Source: Bacteroidota bacterium (GTDB lineage Bacteria; Bacteroidota; Bacteroidia; AKYH767-A; OLB10). Taken from it: a stretch of DNA of 64,000 nucleotides. Below are positions 61,225-64,000 of this stretch, piece after piece (positions within the stretch are counted from its first letter, which is position 1; every line of letters starts with the position of its first letter). Where the stretch lies: NCBI GenBank assembly GCA_016722525.1, contig JADKJB010000013.1, positions 58,914 to 122,913 of the forward strand, written 5' to 3'. Below the pieces are notes generated by a model. That model was not told the DNA's origin, did no database searches, and saw only the letters and a list, made by a program, of their open reading frames with translations. A program made the translations under genes and the position numbers.

Positions 61225-62310
61225 ATGAGTACCCTACTTGAAAAACTTGAATCGCTTAATCACCGTCACGAAGAAATTGGAACACAACTCGGTGATCCCG
61301 GAGTTATTGCCGATCGTAAACGATACAAGGCACTTACTAAATCTTATCGTGATCTTGGAAAAATTGTAGAAGCCTCCAATGAATACCGGAGTGTTTTAGC
61401 AAACATTGATGGTGCCAAAGATGTACTGGTGAATGAAAAGGATGAGGAGTTTCGTCAGATGGCCAAAGAAGAGCTGGAGGTGAATGAAAAAAGACAGTTG
61501 GAATTAGAAGAAGAAATTCGATTGTTGTTGCTGCCACAGGATCCTGAAGACAGTAAGAATGCAATCATGGAAATTCGTGGCGGAACCGGTGGTGATGAGG
61601 CCAGTATTTTTGCCGGTGATCTTTACAGGATGTATACCCGTTATTGCGAAGGAAGAGGATGGAAGGTACTGGAAGTTGACGCCAATGAGGGAAATACCGG
61701 TGGCTATAAGGAAGTTGTTTTTGAGGTAACCGGTGAAAATGCTTACGGAATTTTAAAATTCGAAAGTGGTGTGCATCGTGTCCAACGTGTTCCTGAAACT
61801 GAAACTCAGGGTCGTGTGCATACCTCTGCTGCTACAGTGGCTGTGTTGCCTGAAGCTGATGAGGACTACGAAGTTGAAATCAGTCCTGCAGACATTTCTG
61901 TTCAAACAGCACGCTCGAGTGGAGCAGGTGGACAAAACGTTAATAAGGTGGAAACGAAAGTGCAGATGACTCACATCCCTACAGGAATTGTCATTACTTG
62001 CCAAGCTGAACGCTCACAGCATGGTAACCGTGAAATTGCCATGCAAATGTTGAAGTCGAAGTTGTATGAAATAGAAATCAATAAACGCCAGGAAGAAGTC
62101 TCTAAACGACGAAAGACAATGGTATCAACCGGCGATCGCTCCGCAAAAATACGCACCTACAATTATCCTCAAAGTCGTGTCACCGATCACCGCATAGGCC
62201 TAAGCAATCACAATCTCCCCGGCATTATGAACGGAGATATCCAGGAGTTTCTGGATGCATTGCAAATGGCTGAGAACGCTGAAAAAATGAAAGAAGCAAG
62301 TCTGGTGTAA
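61225..62310 (+). CDS. prfA: Peptide chain release factor 1
   Basis: Intact 361-aa ORF. The recognition loop region is [17 protein letters not shown] and the GGQ motif is [10 protein letters not shown]. Confidence 0.95.
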   Translation: MSTLLEKLESLNHRHEEIGTQLGDPGVIADRKRYKALTKSYRDLGKIVEASNEYRSVLANIDGAKDVLVNEKDEEFRQMAKEELEVNEKRQLELEEEIRLLLLPQDPEDSKNAIMEIRGGTGGDEASIFAGDLYRMYTRYCEGRGWKVLEVDANEGNTGGYKEVVFEVTGENAYGILKFESGVHRVQRVPETETQGRVHTSAATVAVLPEADEDYEVEISPADISVQTARSSGAGGQNVNKVETKVQMTHIPTGIVITCQAERSQHGNREIAMQMLKSKLYEIEINKRQEEVSKRRKTMVSTGDRSAKIRTYNYPQSRVTDHRIGLSNHNLPGIMNGDIQEFLDALQMAENAEKMKEASLV

Positions 62311-62385
62311 GAATGTAGCGCTTGCCCGACTCGCTAGGCGGGCCTGCACGAATGTTCAGGCAGTGAAACCGAATAGCGCAATTCT
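62311..62385. other. GC-rich structured island between prfA and pyrF (two short GC hairpins, flanking GAAT(GT)AGCGC direct repeats)
   Basis: GCCCG (62324-62328) pairs with CGGGC (62339-62343). GCCTG (62342-62346) pairs with CAGGC (62357-62361). GAATGTAGCGC at 62311 resembles GAATAGCGC at 62371. The region is visibly far more GC-rich than its surroundings. Confidence 0.6.
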
Positions 62386-62422
62386 AATTCACTCCCCCAC
62401 TAACCCACTCGCCAACTTACTA

Positions 62423-63243
62423 ATGACCCACACCCAGCTTCTCGCCCAGATAAAATCCAAACGATCATTCCTTTGTGTAGGTCTTGATACTGATATATCA
62501 AAAATACCTGCTCATCTTTTGAAAACGGAAGATCCGGGTTTTGAATTCAACAAAGCCATTATTGATGCAACCAAAGATTTTTGTGTCGCCTACAAACCCA
62601 ACATTGCATTTTACGAATGCATGGGACCAAAAGGCTGGGAGAGTTTAAGGAAAACGCTTGAATATATTCCTTCAACTATTTTCACCATAGCAGATGCCAA
62701 ACGCGGTGATATTGGTAATACTTCATCCATGTATGCCAAAGCATTTTTCGAACATTATAATTTCGATGCAGTGACAGTCGCACCATACATGGGAGCCGAT
62801 TCTGTCACTCCTTTTTTAGAAATTAATAACAAATGGGTGATACTACTGGCACTCACTTCAAACAAAGGTGCATTGGATTTTCAAATGGATACTATTCAAT
62901 CGGGTGAACGTGTTTTTGAAAAGTTTTAAGTGAATCACAAAAGTGGGGTAGTGCTGAAAATATGATGTATGTAATTGGAGCCACCCGTGGAGAGCTTTTT
63001 GCCGATGTTCGAAAAATTGTTCCCAACCATTTTCTACTCGTACCCGGTGTAGGCGCTCAGGGCGGAAGTCTGGAAGAAGTATGTAAGTATGGCATGAACA
63101 AGGAATGCGGATTATTGGTAAATTCCTCACGCAATATTATTTATGCTTCAGCGGGAACCGATTTCGCTGAAAAGGCAGCTGCCGAAGCTAAGAAGATGCA
63201 GGGAGAAATGGAGAAGCTGTTGAAAGAGAGCGGAATTATTTAG
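62423..63243 (+). pseudogene. pyrF: Orotidine-5'-phosphate decarboxylase (long, type 2 form), one frame break as sequenced
   Basis: [24 protein letters not shown]...[15 protein letters not shown] continues after the break as [22 protein letters not shown]...[10 protein letters not shown]. The break is in A4 62919-62922. Confidence 0.9.
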
Positions 63244-63669
63244 AACAGGTTTTGTAATTCCGGTACCAGATAAAAATATTTTGTGCACTTTTTGTTCTTA
63301 TACCAGGCAGATTTTACATGTGAAGAATAGTGAACGAAATGTTTCTCAATACTATTCACTTGTCAAGACTCAAACTACAATTCCCAATAGGCACTTTAAA
63401 ACTTAATTTTAGATGGTGTAATTGCATAATTCCCTCAAAATCTGGTTGAAATGTTGTAGTAAAATAATTAATTTTTATTTGTCGCAAATCGATTTTTGGA
63501 TCGGAAATCGCTTTTGTTTTTGCATCTGTATTAAAAATCCCAATAGGTGTATCCGGTTATACAATTTTCAACTTATCCCTTTTTAATTTAAAACAAAAAT
63601 TGAACTATTTGCAATAAAGTTTTAAAAGCATTATATTTACATTCTAACTTTTCTAAAACCCTTTTCAAA

Positions 63670-64000
63670 ATGAACGAAGAATTTTTTATCATTCGTCTGG
63701 AAGTATAGATTATACCGTAAAGACTTAACAACCACATCAGGAGAAACAGTTTCTGTTATTAGTCCTGGGGAACAACATCGAAACTCCGGCCCCGATTTCT
63801 TTAATGCGCGTGTAAAAATAGGTGAAACATTATGGGCCGGTAATGTGGAGATTCATGTGAAGGCATCCGACTGGTACCGGCATAATCACCAAACCGATAA
63901 GGCGTATAATAATGTGATTCTACATGTGGTTTATGATGCCGACAGTGACATAATTATTGGCAATCACACCACCATTCCGACTATCTCTCTTAGTGAACAA
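63670..64000 (+). pseudogene. DUF2851 family protein, 3' end off the window, one frame break as sequenced
   Basis: The ATG at 63670 (MNEEF) goes out of frame at T6 63682-63687. The next frame reads FLSFVWKYRLYRKDLTTTSGETVSVISPGEQHRNSGPDFFNARVKIGETLWAGNVEIHVKASDWYRHNH, matching the DUF2851 pattern as I recall it. Confidence 0.7.

Noticed and set aside
61780-61800. The RF1 recognition tripeptide reads P-E-T rather than the P-A-T of E. coli.
   Set aside because: The middle position of the PxT motif is variable among bacteria, and I cannot show that Glu is unusual without an alignment. It is not reported as a finding.
61225-62310. A programmed frameshift in a release-factor gene.
   Set aside because: The programmed +1 frameshift is a feature of prfB (RF2). 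This gene is RF1 and is a single intact ORF.
1-64000. The many split genes could indicate a pseudogene-rich, degenerating (symbiont-like) genome.
   Set aside because: The fragments keep full-length, motif-perfect sequence with no nonsense codons or deletions. The breaks sit in homopolymers, essential genes are affected, and gene density is high. Assembly error fits better. The idea is kept as a testable alternative in the findings.
1-64000. Search for rRNA, tRNA, CRISPR arrays, transposases, integrases and phage genes.
   Set aside because: None was recognised by eye in any intergenic region or ORF. tRNA-like cloverleaves cannot be fully excluded without tRNAscan or Infernal.

Overview
AT-rich chromosomal segment (GC looks high-30s % by eye, not computed). 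I assign it to Bacteroidota because it has a T9SS C-terminal sorting domain on a secreted M43 protease, a PorE-like TPR/beta-propeller/CRD/OmpA protein, type III glutamine synthetase, fused SecDF, an OmpA protein with thrombospondin type-3 repeats, and TAnnTTTG '-7' boxes 19-50 nt upstream of several starts. About 50 genes are present, mostly housekeeping or envelope: pheT, aconitase, purB, secDF, tatA, ndh, glnA-III, prfA, pyrF, a TetR-TolC-MFP-RND efflux operon, a two-component pair, a TonB-dependent receptor, glycosyltransferases, and an ABC/ABC-2/LolA-like/OmpA operon. I found no rRNA, tRNA, CRISPR array, transposase or integrase by eye. The dominant global signal is at least 20 single-base reading-frame breaks in 14 otherwise well-conserved genes, including essential ones. 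Nearly all sit in homopolymer runs, so homopolymer-length sequencing error is the most likely cause; real slippage or gene decay remains testable. These genes are listed full-length as 'pseudogene (as sequenced)'. Accessory observations worth follow-up are a clear homolog of the Leptospira lipoprotein LipL32, a four-gene Cys/His-motif envelope cluster (small CX10CX3CH membrane protein, MbnP-like lipoprotein, beta-barrel starting with CDFCNC, small lipoprotein), a G-free CACTAAC tandem repeat in the prfA leader with a related copy upstream of pyrF, a GC-rich structured island after prfA, unusually long perfect hairpins, and a translationally coupled ABC/LolA-like module. All family assignments come from motif recognition by eye and need HMM or BLAST confirmation.
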